A stretch of DNA of 64,000 nucleotides, from the IMG/VR virus record IMGVR_UViG_3300025009_000007; one strand, 5' to 3'. The notes beneath the pieces were generated by a model. That model was not told the origin of the DNA and made no database searches. It worked only from the letters and a program-made list of their open reading frames with translations. The first letter of the stretch is position 1; each line of letters starts with the position of its first letter. This DNA comes from a virus. This document shows positions 16,365-25,926 of the stretch, piece by piece. Both the position numbers and the translations under genes were made by a program.

Positions 16365-16588
16365 AACTAACATATGGAAAATTAATAGCTATTCTTGTAT
16401 GTATAGGAATAATTGTAAACGGAATAATATATAAAGTAACTTATAATGAATTATTATATACTAGTTCTCCATTGCGACATGGATTATGGACATTTATAAC
16501 AGGTGTTACTAATATATTAGGAATACTTGTAATAATAATACTATTAATTATAGCTATATCTCATTATTGGGATACACCAATAAAATAA
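16361..16588 (+). CDS. small membrane protein
   Basis: ORF track. Two hydrophobic helices. ATGA overlap with the helicase stop. Confidence 0.5.
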   Translation: MKLTYGKLIAILVCIGIIVNGIIYKVTYNELLYTSSPLRHGLWTFITGVTNILGILVIIILLIIAISHYWDTPIK

Positions 16589-16620
16589 GAATTCTTATTA
16601 TTAACTTAAAACCAATTATT

Positions 16621-16875
16621 ATGTTATTAAAGAAAAAGAATTCTGTTAAGCAGAAGAGAGTGAGTTCATTACAAATTGCCTTTTTTATATTTAATCTTAG
16701 ACAAGACTACGCAGATTTAAAGGATCATTCTCTTATTGCTTATTTACTTAAGACAAAATTCAAATTAAATATTTCTAAGCAAGATATTGATAGCTATTAT
16801 GGATTTGATGATATAATAACAGAATGTCTTGAGGATGAATCGCGTAAACAATTTTATACACTACAATGTCAATGA
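16621..16875 (+). CDS. hypothetical protein (start refined to MLLKKKNS)
   Basis: ORF 16567-16875 in the track. ATG at 16621. Confidence 0.45.
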   Translation: MLLKKKNSVKQKRVSSLQIAFFIFNLRQDYADLKDHSLIAYLLKTKFKLNISKQDIDSYYGFDDIITECLEDESRKQFYTLQCQ

Positions 16876-17510
16876 GACAAAAATTAGAAATTAATACTAA
16901 ATCTTTATTAGATAGTGAGTTAGACTTGGGAAGCTTTGTAATGCTTCAAATAATTTATGAAAAACATGAAGAATTATTTGAAAAATATAAGGATAATATA
17001 TTTGGAACCGAAAATATTTTGTATCTTTGTAAATTGTCCTATATAAAATATGCAGGACAAGATACTATAGATCTTGAACATTTTCAGGATTATCTATTAA
17101 GCAATATAAACACTATAGAAGTTAGTGATTTTATATTGCTTGAGAAAGCTACTAAGCTATTCAAATCTAATGAATTATCAAATAAATTAAATGAAGTAGA
17201 TGGGTGGATTAACGATTATAGAGGCAAGTTTAAAAGTTTAAGACATAATGCTATGGGTGATCCTAAGGCTTGTCTTAAGAAAATGAAAATGTTTCTAACA
17301 GATAATCCACAATACTCTAAAGATGATATATTTAAGGCAGTAGACCTGTATATATCTGAGACTGATCCAACTTACATACAACAAGCTGATTACTTTATTT
17401 ACAAATCAGGAATGGATAAGATACCAACAAGTAGATTAACTATGTATTGTGAAAGAATTAAGTCCGGAGATGTTATTCAAGATCTGATAAGTTTAAATAG
17501 AATGATATAA
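16866..17510 (+). CDS. hypothetical protein (214 aa)
   Basis: ORF track. Confidence 0.6.
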   Translation: MSMRQKLEINTKSLLDSELDLGSFVMLQIIYEKHEELFEKYKDNIFGTENILYLCKLSYIKYAGQDTIDLEHFQDYLLSNINTIEVSDFILLEKATKLFKSNELSNKLNEVDGWINDYRGKFKSLRHNAMGDPKACLKKMKMFLTDNPQYSKDDIFKAVDLYISETDPTYIQQADYFIYKSGMDKIPTSRLTMYCERIKSGDVIQDLISLNRMI

Positions 17511-17511
17511 T

Positions 17512-17823
17512 ATGAAAGACTTAAGACAAGAATTAATTGATTTTCAAAATTGGGCAACAAGACAACCATTTTTAAGTATGAATAATATAGATATTACAGT
17601 TGATAGATACTTAAAATCAATTAATTATAAGCCTAATGAATATAAAGTTTTACCGTGTGTTAGCAACATACCTGATTATACATTAGTTTGGAATATTGTT
17701 GATGGGCTTTGCACTTCAAAGAAAATAAGTAATGATTCAAAGATTGACATATTCAAAGCATTAACCAAACTGGAATCAGAAGGTAAATGCACAATGGGTG
17801 ATTTGCCTGGTGATGTCTATTAG
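17512..17823 (+). CDS. hypothetical protein (103 aa)
   Basis: ORF track. Confidence 0.55.
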   Translation: MKDLRQELIDFQNWATRQPFLSMNNIDITVDRYLKSINYKPNEYKVLPCVSNIPDYTLVWNIVDGLCTSKKISNDSKIDIFKALTKLESEGKCTMGDLPGDVY

Positions 17824-17833
17824 GGGGTTGTCG

Positions 17834-17877
17834 CTAACGCTCGGCGAGTAAAGCGAGTATGGCGCAATTAAATATAA
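17834..17877 (+). repeat. GC-rich direct repeat, copy 1 (CTAACGCTCGGCGAGTAAAGCGAGTA...CAATTAAATATAA)
   Basis: The 26-nt core is identical to 18444-18469 and the trailing 13-mer is identical to 18471-18483. GC content stands out from the genome background. Confidence 0.8.
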
Positions 17878-17915
17878 CAGATAATATTAATTGAAAAACT
17901 AATAAAAAAATTATT

Positions 17916-18089
17916 ATGGAAGAAGTTATTGAAAAGTTAAAGGAAAGTGTCAATAATATGACTGTAAAAGAATGTTATGAAAGATTAAATTATTTATATG
18001 ATAAAAAACATGCAATAACAAGAGAATTATTATTGACATTTTACGATCATATAGAAATCAATTTAATAATTATGAAAATAGGTAAATAA
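17916..18089 (+). CDS. possible small ORF (57 aa) bracketed by the first inverted-repeat pair
   Basis: Hand-translated as MEEVIEKLKESVNNMTVKECYERLNYLYDKKHAITRELLL... Below the track cutoff. Confidence 0.35.
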   Translation: MEEVIEKLKESVNNMTVKECYERLNYLYDKKHAITRELLLTFYDHIEINLIIMKIGK

Positions 18090-18130
18090 TTTTTTACATT
18101 AAACTCAATTAGAAGCCATACGATAGCTTT

Positions 18131-18163
18131 TAATGCGCCATATTAGCTTTTACTCGATGTTAG
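18131..18163 (-). repeat. degenerate inverted copy of the GC-rich repeat
   Basis: TAATGCGCCATATTAGCTTTTACTCGATGTTAG aligns with the reverse complement of 17834-17869. Shared blocks are TGCGCCATA, GCTTT, ACTCG and TTAG. Confidence 0.6.
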
Positions 18164-18223
18164 GACTACGTTGCCCTGTGGACTTGAGAAAGTTAATTGA
18201 AATACAGAATTTAAGGCGCATTA

Positions 18224-18246
18224 TCGCCGAGCGTTAGGGCTCATTG
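18224..18246 (-). repeat. perfect 23-nt inverted copy of the repeat core
   Basis: TCGCCGAGCGTTAGGGCTCATTG is the exact reverse complement of 18435-18457. Confidence 0.8.
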
Positions 18247-18276
18247 AGTTTAACGAGAATTTTAAAACCTTACAAT

Positions 18277-18447
18277 ATGTTTATAGTAAATCGAAAACAA
18301 AGAAAACAATTAAATGCTTATATCAAACATTGCAATGAAAAAGATAAGCAAATAGAGAACAGAATCGAAGAAATAAGGCATAAAATATTAATGAATGCTC
18401 TAGGTTTTAAAATGAAGGTAAACGACCCGAAGGGCAATGAGCCCTAA
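18277..18447 (+). CDS. small basic ORF bracketed by the second inverted-repeat pair
   Basis: ORF 18244-18447 in the track (TTG start). ATG at 18277 (MFIVNRKQRKQ...). The stop codon lies inside the repeat. Confidence 0.4.
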   Translation: MFIVNRKQRKQLNAYIKHCNEKDKQIENRIEEIRHKILMNALGFKMKVNDPKGNEP

Positions 18448-18483
18448 CGCTCGGCGAGTAAAGCGAGTAACAATTAAATATAA
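18435..18483 (+). repeat. GC-rich direct repeat, copy 2, just upstream of the helicase-like gene
   Basis: CAATGAGCCCTAACGCTCGGCGAGTAAAGCGAGTAACAATTAAATATAA. See copy 1 and the inverted copy at 18224-18246. Confidence 0.8.
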
Positions 18484-18504
18484 AATTAATAAATTAACTC
18501 TTAT

Positions 18505-19650
18505 ATGAGTGGAAGATTAGAACGATACAAATTAGCTAAAGATAATAGGTTAGCTGGTAAATTTAATGGTGCTCCAATATTTTATAGATTTCCAAGATTA
18601 GGTAAAATTGTGCCTACTATCCCACGTGGAAAGCAGATAACCACTGTAGCAGGCAATGGACTGGGAAAAAGTCAAAGTGTAATAGGAATTACAATTATGC
18701 CTATTTATAATATTATTAAAACTAAAGGATATAAAGCACACTTTTATATTGCTTTATTGGAGGATCCACTTGAATTATTTGAAGATAGGTTATTCTGTCA
18801 TATACTTTATGATAAACATGGAATATCTATTGATCCAATGTATCTAAATTCAATGCGAGAGGCTCTTCCTACTGATAGTATAGAAAAATATTTTAAAGAG
18901 GTAGATGAAATAGTAGAAGATGTGTTAAGCTATTGTACGATAGTAACCAGTATTTATACTGCAACAGGATTATATATGTGGCTTAAGACTGAATCAACTA
19001 AACTTGGTGAACATCATATGAAGGATCATAAATTTGAATATAAGAATCCAGATGGAAGTAAATTTTATGAAGTTAAACCTATATACTCTCATTATGTCCC
19101 AAATGACCCAGAATTGCATAATATAGTAATTGTAGACAATTTAAATAATCTTGCTGAAGAATATGATAAAACTTTACAACGTAGTTTAACAGTACGTGAT
19201 GCTATGGGTAAGTGGGCAAGAGATTATGCTCGATTACAGATATGTAAACATTGGAATTGGACAGTATGGAATATTATGCAAACAGCTCTTGAATATGATA
19301 AGAAGGAGTTTACTGCATTTAGAGGAGAACAGATTATTGAAAAGACTGAACCTACGCTAAATGCTTTGGGAGACAATAAAGTTGTTAGCAGGGATTTTCA
19401 CCTAATATTTGCATTATATTCACCAAGTAGATTTGGCATTAAAAGATATGAAGGATATAATATTGAAAGATTAGGCGATGCCTTTAGAGCATTAATAATT
19501 CTTAAAAGTAATTTCTCTCAATCAAATGTAAAACTTCCATTATTCTTTCATGGGGCGTGTAGTTATTACTTAGAACTACCAATACCCGAAAAGTTAACGG
19601 ATGAAAAGTACAATCAAATTACGAAACTACAAACTATACAGTATGAATAA
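18505..19650 (+). CDS. DnaB-like / RecA-fold replicative helicase ATPase (tentative)
   Basis: Walker A AGNGLGKSQ. Walker B-like IVIVDNLNNL. Size and position fit a replication module. Confidence 0.5.
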   Translation: MSGRLERYKLAKDNRLAGKFNGAPIFYRFPRLGKIVPTIPRGKQITTVAGNGLGKSQSVIGITIMPIYNIIKTKGYKAHFYIALLEDPLELFEDRLFCHILYDKHGISIDPMYLNSMREALPTDSIEKYFKEVDEIVEDVLSYCTIVTSIYTATGLYMWLKTESTKLGEHHMKDHKFEYKNPDGSKFYEVKPIYSHYVPNDPELHNIVIVDNLNNLAEEYDKTLQRSLTVRDAMGKWARDYARLQICKHWNWTVWNIMQTALEYDKKEFTAFRGEQIIEKTEPTLNALGDNKVVSRDFHLIFALYSPSRFGIKRYEGYNIERLGDAFRALIILKSNFSQSNVKLPLFFHGACSYYLELPIPEKLTDEKYNQITKLQTIQYE

Positions 19651-19909
19651 ACTTACTTGGAAAGTAAATACACCTGGATTATTAAATGAGATTATGAGTA
19701 ACAATGGAGTAGCAGTATTGTATAAACCATTAGTTATTTTTGCATCTATATTACTTGAAGTTGGTGAAAGGGCTTCCGAATTAAATGATCCTAAATTAAA
19801 TGCTTTAATGTGCCGATTAGCTATTTATGAAATAGCAGATCCTAATAATAAAAATTACAATAAAGAATTATCGCAAAAAATTATTGATAAACAAAATAAA
19901 AAAGTATGA
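19643..19909 (+). CDS. hypothetical protein (start refined to MNKLTWKV)
   Basis: ORF 19601-19909 in the track. The ATG at 19643 overlaps the end of the helicase gene. Confidence 0.5.
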   Translation: MNKLTWKVNTPGLLNEIMSNNGVAVLYKPLVIFASILLEVGERASELNDPKLNALMCRLAIYEIADPNNKNYNKELSQKIIDKQNKKV

Positions 19910-20280
19910 GTAATCAATTAAAATTAGATTTAAATTTACCTGAGAATGTCATTACTGTAGAATTATTCAATAGATTATTGGATGATATTACAATTGATAT
20001 GAAAGCTACTCTTGATCGTAAAGCAGATGAATATGCTACTGCTGACAGAATGCATAACTTTAAAATAGCAGGATTACATCTTAACACTACTCCAGAAAAA
20101 GCATTACTTGGATTTGTAATGAAACATTGGATTAGTATGTTAGATATGCTTAATGATATTGAAAAGGGCAAAAAAACACCTTCTCCTGAATATGTACGCG
20201 AAAAACTTGGGGACGTCCGTAACTATATGGTATTACTTGAGGCATTACTTATGGAGAGACGACGTAACGAATCAACTTAG
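19906..20280 (+). CDS. all-alpha MazG/DUF1599-like protein (tentative)
   Basis: DEYATADRMHNFK...MKHWISMLDML...KLGDVRNYMVLLEALL resembles all-alpha NTP-pyrophosphohydrolase-like helices. Weak call. Confidence 0.35.
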   Translation: MSNQLKLDLNLPENVITVELFNRLLDDITIDMKATLDRKADEYATADRMHNFKIAGLHLNTTPEKALLGFVMKHWISMLDMLNDIEKGKKTPSPEYVREKLGDVRNYMVLLEALLMERRRNEST

Positions 20281-20300
20281 TATAAACCAAAATAAATGAT

Positions 20301-20879
20301 ATGAAGAAATTGTTACTTATTGTTATATCGGTATTGATGTTAGGACTACTACCTTACAGTACTAAAGCTCCTGTACATCAGGAAGACTACTTTATTAGAC
20401 GTAACTATCAATATTTGATACAGCAACAACAGTTACAAAAAGAACAGGAACTATCAAAATTTTTATTTCAACTTTCATTAAGGGAATCTAGTCATAGATG
20501 GAATATTACCAATAGCATAGGTTATATCGGAAAATACCAATTTGGTAGGAGTACTTTAATTACTTTAGGTTATATAGATATAACATCTAAGCGATTTAAA
20601 AAGAATCCTTTAATATTTACAGAAAATGAACAAGAAATAGCTATAAGAGTACTAATTAATTATAATACTAAATTATTAGATTATTATATAGCTATGTATG
20701 AACACTCTACTATTAACGGAATATATATAACTAAAAGTGGTATTATTGCTGCAGCTCATTTAGCAGGTTATATGAACGTTAAGAAGTTTCTTGTAAGTAA
20801 AGGTAAACATATTACAAAAGATAAGTATGGAACAAAACTTACAGATTATTTAAAAGAATTTTCAAATTTTAAATTTTAA
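20301..20879 (+). CDS. secreted lysozyme-like / lytic transglycosylase-like protein (tentative)
   Basis: N-terminal signal peptide. ESSHRWNITNSIGYIGKYQF follows the SLT-type pattern E-S...N...S-x-G-x-x-G-x-x-Q. Confidence 0.45.
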   Translation: MKKLLLIVISVLMLGLLPYSTKAPVHQEDYFIRRNYQYLIQQQQLQKEQELSKFLFQLSLRESSHRWNITNSIGYIGKYQFGRSTLITLGYIDITSKRFKKNPLIFTENEQEIAIRVLINYNTKLLDYYIAMYEHSTINGIYITKSGIIAAAHLAGYMNVKKFLVSKGKHITKDKYGTKLTDYLKEFSNFKF

Positions 20880-20883
20880 TTAA

Positions 20884-21744
20884 ATGGATAAAGTAAAGAA
20901 AAAACTTTTAGAAGACTTTAAAAGGTCTAATAAAGCAAGAAAAATAACTCTTGCAAAAAGATATGGATTTAAAACTCCAAAAGAGTATTTAGAATATCTT
21001 GAAGATATTGCATCAACACATCCTTTTACTTCTGAAAGAGTAGAAGAAAAAGAAGTTTTAACAGATATTGTTATAGCTTTTGATACTACAGGTAGTATGA
21101 GTGGTTACATAAGCGCTGTTAGAAAACACGTTAAAGAATTAATTCCTGAATTGTTTAAAAATACTAAAAATTTAAAAATTAGTATAGTTGCGTTTGGAGA
21201 CTATTGTGATATGGAAACTAATACAGAGTTTGGTAAAGCGTATCAAGTAATTAATTTAACTGATAATCCTAGTAAATTAATTGCTTTTGTAGCTAATGCT
21301 AAAACTACTAATGGTGGAGACGGAGATGAGTTCTATGAATTAGTTTTAAGAAAGATTAGATTAGAAACATCTTGGAGAGACGGAAGCAATAAATCTATAT
21401 TACTTATAGCGGATGCGACACCACATCCAACAGGATATTCATATGCTAATAGAATACAAAATAATACTATTGATTGGAAAGAAGAGGCTATATTAAATGG
21501 CTCTTTTGGAATAAAAGTAGATACATTAGCATGTGGCGAATCACGTTGGTATAAGGAATTATCTGAAATAACCAATGGAGTTCATTTAAGATTTCAATCT
21601 GCTAGTAAAACACAAGATTTATTAGACGGATATGTTTATACAAGATCGGGTTCAACAGCAATGTTTGCTAAATCTATGGAAAGAGTAGAAAAATCTGGAG
21701 ATGCTGAATTAATAGGAGTTTATAAACAATTAAAAACATTATAA
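20884..21744 (+). CDS. von Willebrand factor A (VWA) domain protein
   Basis: MIDAS-like VIAFDTTGSMSG, followed by IVAFGDYCD. Confidence 0.55.
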   Translation: MDKVKKKLLEDFKRSNKARKITLAKRYGFKTPKEYLEYLEDIASTHPFTSERVEEKEVLTDIVIAFDTTGSMSGYISAVRKHVKELIPELFKNTKNLKISIVAFGDYCDMETNTEFGKAYQVINLTDNPSKLIAFVANAKTTNGGDGDEFYELVLRKIRLETSWRDGSNKSILLIADATPHPTGYSYANRIQNNTIDWKEEAILNGSFGIKVDTLACGESRWYKELSEITNGVHLRFQSASKTQDLLDGYVYTRSGSTAMFAKSMERVEKSGDAELIGVYKQLKTL

Positions 21745-21745
21745 T

Positions 21746-22297
21746 ATGAGTGCAAAAGTAAGAACTGGACAAATTTTTAGTGAAGTACAATTTTATACAG
21801 TAGTGAAAACTGCTGGTGATAAAGTACAATTAATAAATGCTAATAAAGAAAATATAGTTGTTGGACAAGATTATATAGATAAATGTTTGCAATCTGCAGA
21901 TACGTATGGTAAAGAAGAAAAATTGAGTCAGACAGATATTATTAATATTATTATAGCTCATCCTAGAACTGCTTGTAGTATTTATTTCAAGAAACAGGAT
22001 AAGGAAAAGACTAAGAAAGCCTATAATGAAGAAAAGGCTAAAAAGATTGAGCAAATTAAAAACGCTAAAGTATCTGAAGTAGAAGCTTTATTGTCTAATT
22101 TAATTGATAATCCTATTCTTAATATAATTCCAGGTGAAATGAGACTTATTAAAGGTTATCATAGTGGAACACAGGATGAAAGAGGTAGAATTAATTTTAT
22201 TGACATGGAAGATACTACAATATCTGTACCTAAAGCTGTTGATCCTAGAACTGTTGAATACGTAATTATAAACAATACCAAATATTTATCAAAATAA
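21746..22297 (+). CDS. hypothetical protein (183 aa)
   Basis: ORF track. Confidence 0.6.
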   Translation: MSAKVRTGQIFSEVQFYTVVKTAGDKVQLINANKENIVVGQDYIDKCLQSADTYGKEEKLSQTDIINIIIAHPRTACSIYFKKQDKEKTKKAYNEEKAKKIEQIKNAKVSEVEALLSNLIDNPILNIIPGEMRLIKGYHSGTQDERGRINFIDMEDTTISVPKAVDPRTVEYVIINNTKYLSK

Positions 22298-22300
22298 AAT

Positions 22301-23014
22301 ATGGCAAAAGTATGTATGTTATTAGGACCATCGGGAGATGGTAAATCAACTTCATTAGTGGTTAATCCAAATGGAAAAGTGGACTTTGATAATTATCTAG
22401 GATTAGATCCTAATAGTACAGTAATATTTAATACAGACGGAAAGGATTTACCATTTCCTTATACTAAACTTGGTTGGATAGAAGGAGAAAACTTGTTCAC
22501 ATCAACTTATGATAAACCATTGACTGCTGAATTAATAGAAATCTATTTGGAGGCTATTAATAAAGGAACTAAAATTAAATGTGTCATAATTGATACAATT
22601 AATGGTTCAATGAATGATAAGGAGATGCTTGAGACAAAGAAAATGACGTTTGACAAATGGAGTGATTTAGCTAAAGATTATTACAGGTTAGTGGTTAAAG
22701 CAAACTCTATGAGGTCAGACTTAGTTATCTATATGTTTGGACATACTGTATTAACTACTCAACAAGATGGTAATGAATTACGTCATCTAGTTACTAATGG
22801 TAAGAAATTGGAGAAGATACATTTAGAAACTAAAGTACCGATTGTTCTACATACAGAAGTAGAATTAGGACAAGGTGGTGATAATACATTCAAATTTGAG
22901 ACTCAAAAGAATAGAAGTTCTGGTAAGAGTCCAATAGGAATGTTTGATAGTTTTCTAATACCGAATTCACTGAAATTGGTAGATGACACAATCCGTAAAT
23001 ATTATGGAATCTAA
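22301..23014 (+). CDS. P-loop ATPase (AAA_24 / Sak4-like, tentative)
   Basis: Walker A GPSGDGKST. Walker B-like CVIIDTING. Confidence 0.5.
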   Translation: MAKVCMLLGPSGDGKSTSLVVNPNGKVDFDNYLGLDPNSTVIFNTDGKDLPFPYTKLGWIEGENLFTSTYDKPLTAELIEIYLEAINKGTKIKCVIIDTINGSMNDKEMLETKKMTFDKWSDLAKDYYRLVVKANSMRSDLVIYMFGHTVLTTQQDGNELRHLVTNGKKLEKIHLETKVPIVLHTEVELGQGGDNTFKFETQKNRSSGKSPIGMFDSFLIPNSLKLVDDTIRKYYGI

Positions 23015-23204
23015 GAATCTTAAAGTACCATTATTTATAATGTTTGATCATGGTTGGTCAGTTAATAATTTAAAAGACTGTCCATCATTTGATATATTTG
23101 AATCGTTAATAAAATGGTTAAGAGATAATGGTTATAAAAAATCTGATTTGTTTATAGACAACTTTGGCGTTGGACTAGAAATAATAAATAAATATTTAAC
23201 TTAA
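23004..23204 (+). CDS. hypothetical protein (start refined to MESKNLK)
   Basis: ORF 22983-23204 in the track. ATG at 23004. Confidence 0.45.
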   Translation: MESKNLKVPLFIMFDHGWSVNNLKDCPSFDIFESLIKWLRDNGYKKSDLFIDNFGVGLEIINKYLT

Positions 23205-23214
23205 ATTGAATAAA

Positions 23215-23736
23215 ATGTTAACAGGAAGAAGTATTGAGTTTGGAATTCCTAAAAAAGGAAAAGTTGAAAAAGTTGATCCATATGCTGATTTAGCATTATT
23301 GATCATGCAAAAGGCACCTGAAACTAAAGGTGGAACTTACAAGTTTAAATTAACAAAAAGAGCTTGTGAGTTGTTGGATGTTGCTAAGGAAAATGGAGAT
23401 GATCTTAAATGTGTATCATTCTCGTTTCCTAAAGAAGGTGGAATATTACTAGCTAATACCACCAGTATTATAGGATCTATCGATCCCAAAAGTGCATACG
23501 GTGTAAGTATGCAAGGAGTATTCTCTAATAGAAATACTTACTTATTTATTGCTAAAACTCTTGAATTAGACAATAGCGAGGATGTGTTATTTGGTTTGGA
23601 ATTTGACCGCACTGATGAAAATATACAAGATTTTCCAGTTGCAACTTTGAAAAGATTTGTGTTGAATGGTGTAGTAGGAAATGATGGCTGTAATAGCGGT
23701 AGTGGTGATATAACCGATACAGCTAATGAAATTTAA
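23215..23736 (+). CDS. hypothetical protein
   Basis: ORF 23206-23736 in the track (TTG start). First ATG at 23215. Confidence 0.55.
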   Translation: MLTGRSIEFGIPKKGKVEKVDPYADLALLIMQKAPETKGGTYKFKLTKRACELLDVAKENGDDLKCVSFSFPKEGGILLANTTSIIGSIDPKSAYGVSMQGVFSNRNTYLFIAKTLELDNSEDVLFGLEFDRTDENIQDFPVATLKRFVLNGVVGNDGCNSGSGDITDTANEI

Positions 23737-23800
23737 TTGATGAATATTCTTGAAAAAATAAATAATAATTAATAAATTTACAATTTAAAACAAACAATTT

Positions 23801-24568
23801 ATGGCAATTAAAGGTAACAACAGTAGTACAGCGGTAGTAACAGATGTTAAACAGTATACAGGATTAGTTTTAGCACAAGTTAAAGCAATCTGTCCTACAA
23901 TGGAAGAACTTAATAAGTTAGGTTTGAAAACTGAAAAGGAACCGGTATATGTATCAATAGATGAGGCAGGAATAAATAAAGTAAGAATAGATTTCTATGT
24001 AAAAGTTGATCAAATCGACAGATTACAAAAGATAGCTTTCTTTTTAGAAGAAGGTGCAATGATAGGTAAAACTAGTGGCAAACATCAAATGATTGATATT
24101 ACTGGTAAAACTACCTATATAGATCCTTCTAATCCTGACTACAAAGATTGGTTTAAAAGTGAAACTGCAAGACCTTGTTTAAAAGGTGAAGAAGATTTAA
24201 CTAATTTCTTAATTGCATGGTTAAATATTAAACCAGGTGATGAAGCTAGATTAAATAATTCTGGTGCTTTAGTTAAAGGAAACTTTACAGAATTAAAAGA
24301 TGTATTCAAAGCATTTGTTAATAATAAGGTTCGCGTGATGTTAACAGTTAAGCATATGGATGATGGTAAAAACTATCAGAATATTTACAATAGATATTTT
24401 GACAGAGCTACCAACACATCATTTACATATTGGACAAAACATGTTAATGATCAGGCAAATTCAGGTTACCCATTAAAAGATTCATATTCTTTAGAGTTTA
24501 AAGAGTGGAAAGCTGTATTACCATCATCAGATGTTGACACTTCAGCACCAGAGAAACTAAAGTTTTAG
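23801..24568 (+). CDS. hypothetical protein (possible SSB-like role is speculative)
   Basis: ORF track. Stand-alone unit with a strong terminator. Mildly acidic C-terminus ending in Phe. No motif recognised. Confidence 0.65.
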   Translation: MAIKGNNSSTAVVTDVKQYTGLVLAQVKAICPTMEELNKLGLKTEKEPVYVSIDEAGINKVRIDFYVKVDQIDRLQKIAFFLEEGAMIGKTSGKHQMIDITGKTTYIDPSNPDYKDWFKSETARPCLKGEEDLTNFLIAWLNIKPGDEARLNNSGALVKGNFTELKDVFKAFVNNKVRVMLTVKHMDDGKNYQNIYNRYFDRATNTSFTYWTKHVNDQANSGYPLKDSYSLEFKEWKAVLPSSDVDTSAPEKLKF

Positions 24569-24576
24569 TATTAATT

Positions 24577-24610
24577 GGTAGGTATTACCAGTTAATACCT
24601 ACCTGTTTTT
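24577..24610 (+). terminator. rho-independent terminator
   Basis: GGTAGGTATTA (24577-24587) pairs with TAATACCTACC (24593-24603). TGTTTTT follows. Confidence 0.7.
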
Positions 24611-24623
24611 AAATCCAAATCAT

Positions 24624-25676
24624 ATGTTTTTTGTACGACCTAATCTAACAGCGGAAGAAATAGAGAAACGTAAGGATGACTATACATTATTCAAATACTA
24701 TTGTGATAATTTTGATAAAGAAGATGTAAAATTTAAGGCAGACTTAAGAAAGGATAACAATCCATCTGCAATAATTACACGCCACAATGGTAGATTATGG
24801 TATAACGATTTTGGTAATCCTATGCAAAGTAAACCATATAACATTTATCAGTTTATAATGCAAAAATATAGTCTCAAATTTGACCAATGCTTAAATAAAA
24901 TAAATTCAGATTTTAATCTGGGACTTGGATTTAAGTCCACAACACAAATTGCACCAGTTGTAAATGATGTTGTATTAAAGTCGGATGTTACATATGAAAA
25001 TAAGGATTCTGTATTAACTGAAATTAAAGTAAGAAAGATAGACTTGACTAAACGACATGTACAATTTTGGAGTCAGTATGATATACCAAATAAAGATGTT
25101 GTAGACAGTTTAAATTTATTTAAAATATTTCCTATCAGTCATTTCTGGATAAACAATGAGAAAGCTAATAAAATGTATGTCGTGAATGATATTGCATTTG
25201 ATTACGATTATCATTGGCATCTAGGAATATTCTTAAGAAAGATTTATCTTCCTAAGAAGACCGGTAGTGAATTTTATACAAATTCAAATAAACTTATTAC
25301 ACAAGGATATGAACAACTTCCTGATAAAGGAGAGTTGTTGTTTATAACATCTTCTATGAAAGATATAGTAATATTAAAGCATAATGGATTTTATGCTATT
25401 GCTCCCTCAAATGAAAATACTTTTGTACAACCGCATATCTTTGAAGATGTAAAAAATAGATTTAAGAATATTGTATTATTTTATGATAATGATTTTACAA
25501 AGGAACAAAATTGGGGAAAGATGTTTGCTGAGAAATATTCTCAGTTACATAATATCCCTCATATAATGCTTCCAGATAATACAGAAAAGGATCCAAGTGA
25601 TTTTGCTAAAACATTTGGTAAAAAAGAATTAAAATTAGTAATTAAACAACAATTACATAATGTCGGAATCTATTAA
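24624..25676 (+). CDS. DnaG-like (TOPRIM) DNA primase
   Basis: DNNPSAII resembles the PS box of the primase zinc-binding region. TOPRIM Glu in LLFITSSMKD and DxD in LFYDNDF. Confidence 0.55.
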   Translation: MFFVRPNLTAEEIEKRKDDYTLFKYYCDNFDKEDVKFKADLRKDNNPSAIITRHNGRLWYNDFGNPMQSKPYNIYQFIMQKYSLKFDQCLNKINSDFNLGLGFKSTTQIAPVVNDVVLKSDVTYENKDSVLTEIKVRKIDLTKRHVQFWSQYDIPNKDVVDSLNLFKIFPISHFWINNEKANKMYVVNDIAFDYDYHWHLGIFLRKIYLPKKTGSEFYTNSNKLITQGYEQLPDKGELLFITSSMKDIVILKHNGFYAIAPSNENTFVQPHIFEDVKNRFKNIVLFYDNDFTKEQNWGKMFAEKYSQLHNIPHIMLPDNTEKDPSDFAKTFGKKELKLVIKQQLHNVGIY

Positions 25677-25926
25677 AAGTTCTCTTAAAAGGTTTATACT
25701 ATGTTACAAAAAGAATGTTGATGGAGAATTTAAAATACAGCCACCAATTATTTTGACTGCTACAGATGAAACTATAGCTACTGCTAAACTTAGTACTAAA
25801 TTTAGTATTCCTAACTCTTTTATACATAGAGTTAGTGAAAAGGAAGGAATTATATATTGTAATAGGGTATATAATCCTAGATTTGAAGGTGAATTCAAAA
25901 CGGAAGTATATGAGGAAACTCACTAG
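25660..25926 (+). CDS. hypothetical protein (88 aa)
   Basis: ORF track. Confidence 0.5.
   Translation: MSESIKSSLKRFILCYKKNVDGEFKIQPPIILTATDETIATAKLSTKFSIPNSFIHRVSEKEGIIYCNRVYNPRFEGEFKTEVYEETH

Noticed and set aside
17834-18483. Possible CRISPR array or retron-like repeat.
   Set aside because: There are only two direct copies about 610 bp apart plus inverted copies. There is no regular repeat-spacer periodicity, and no cas or reverse-transcriptase gene anywhere in the window.
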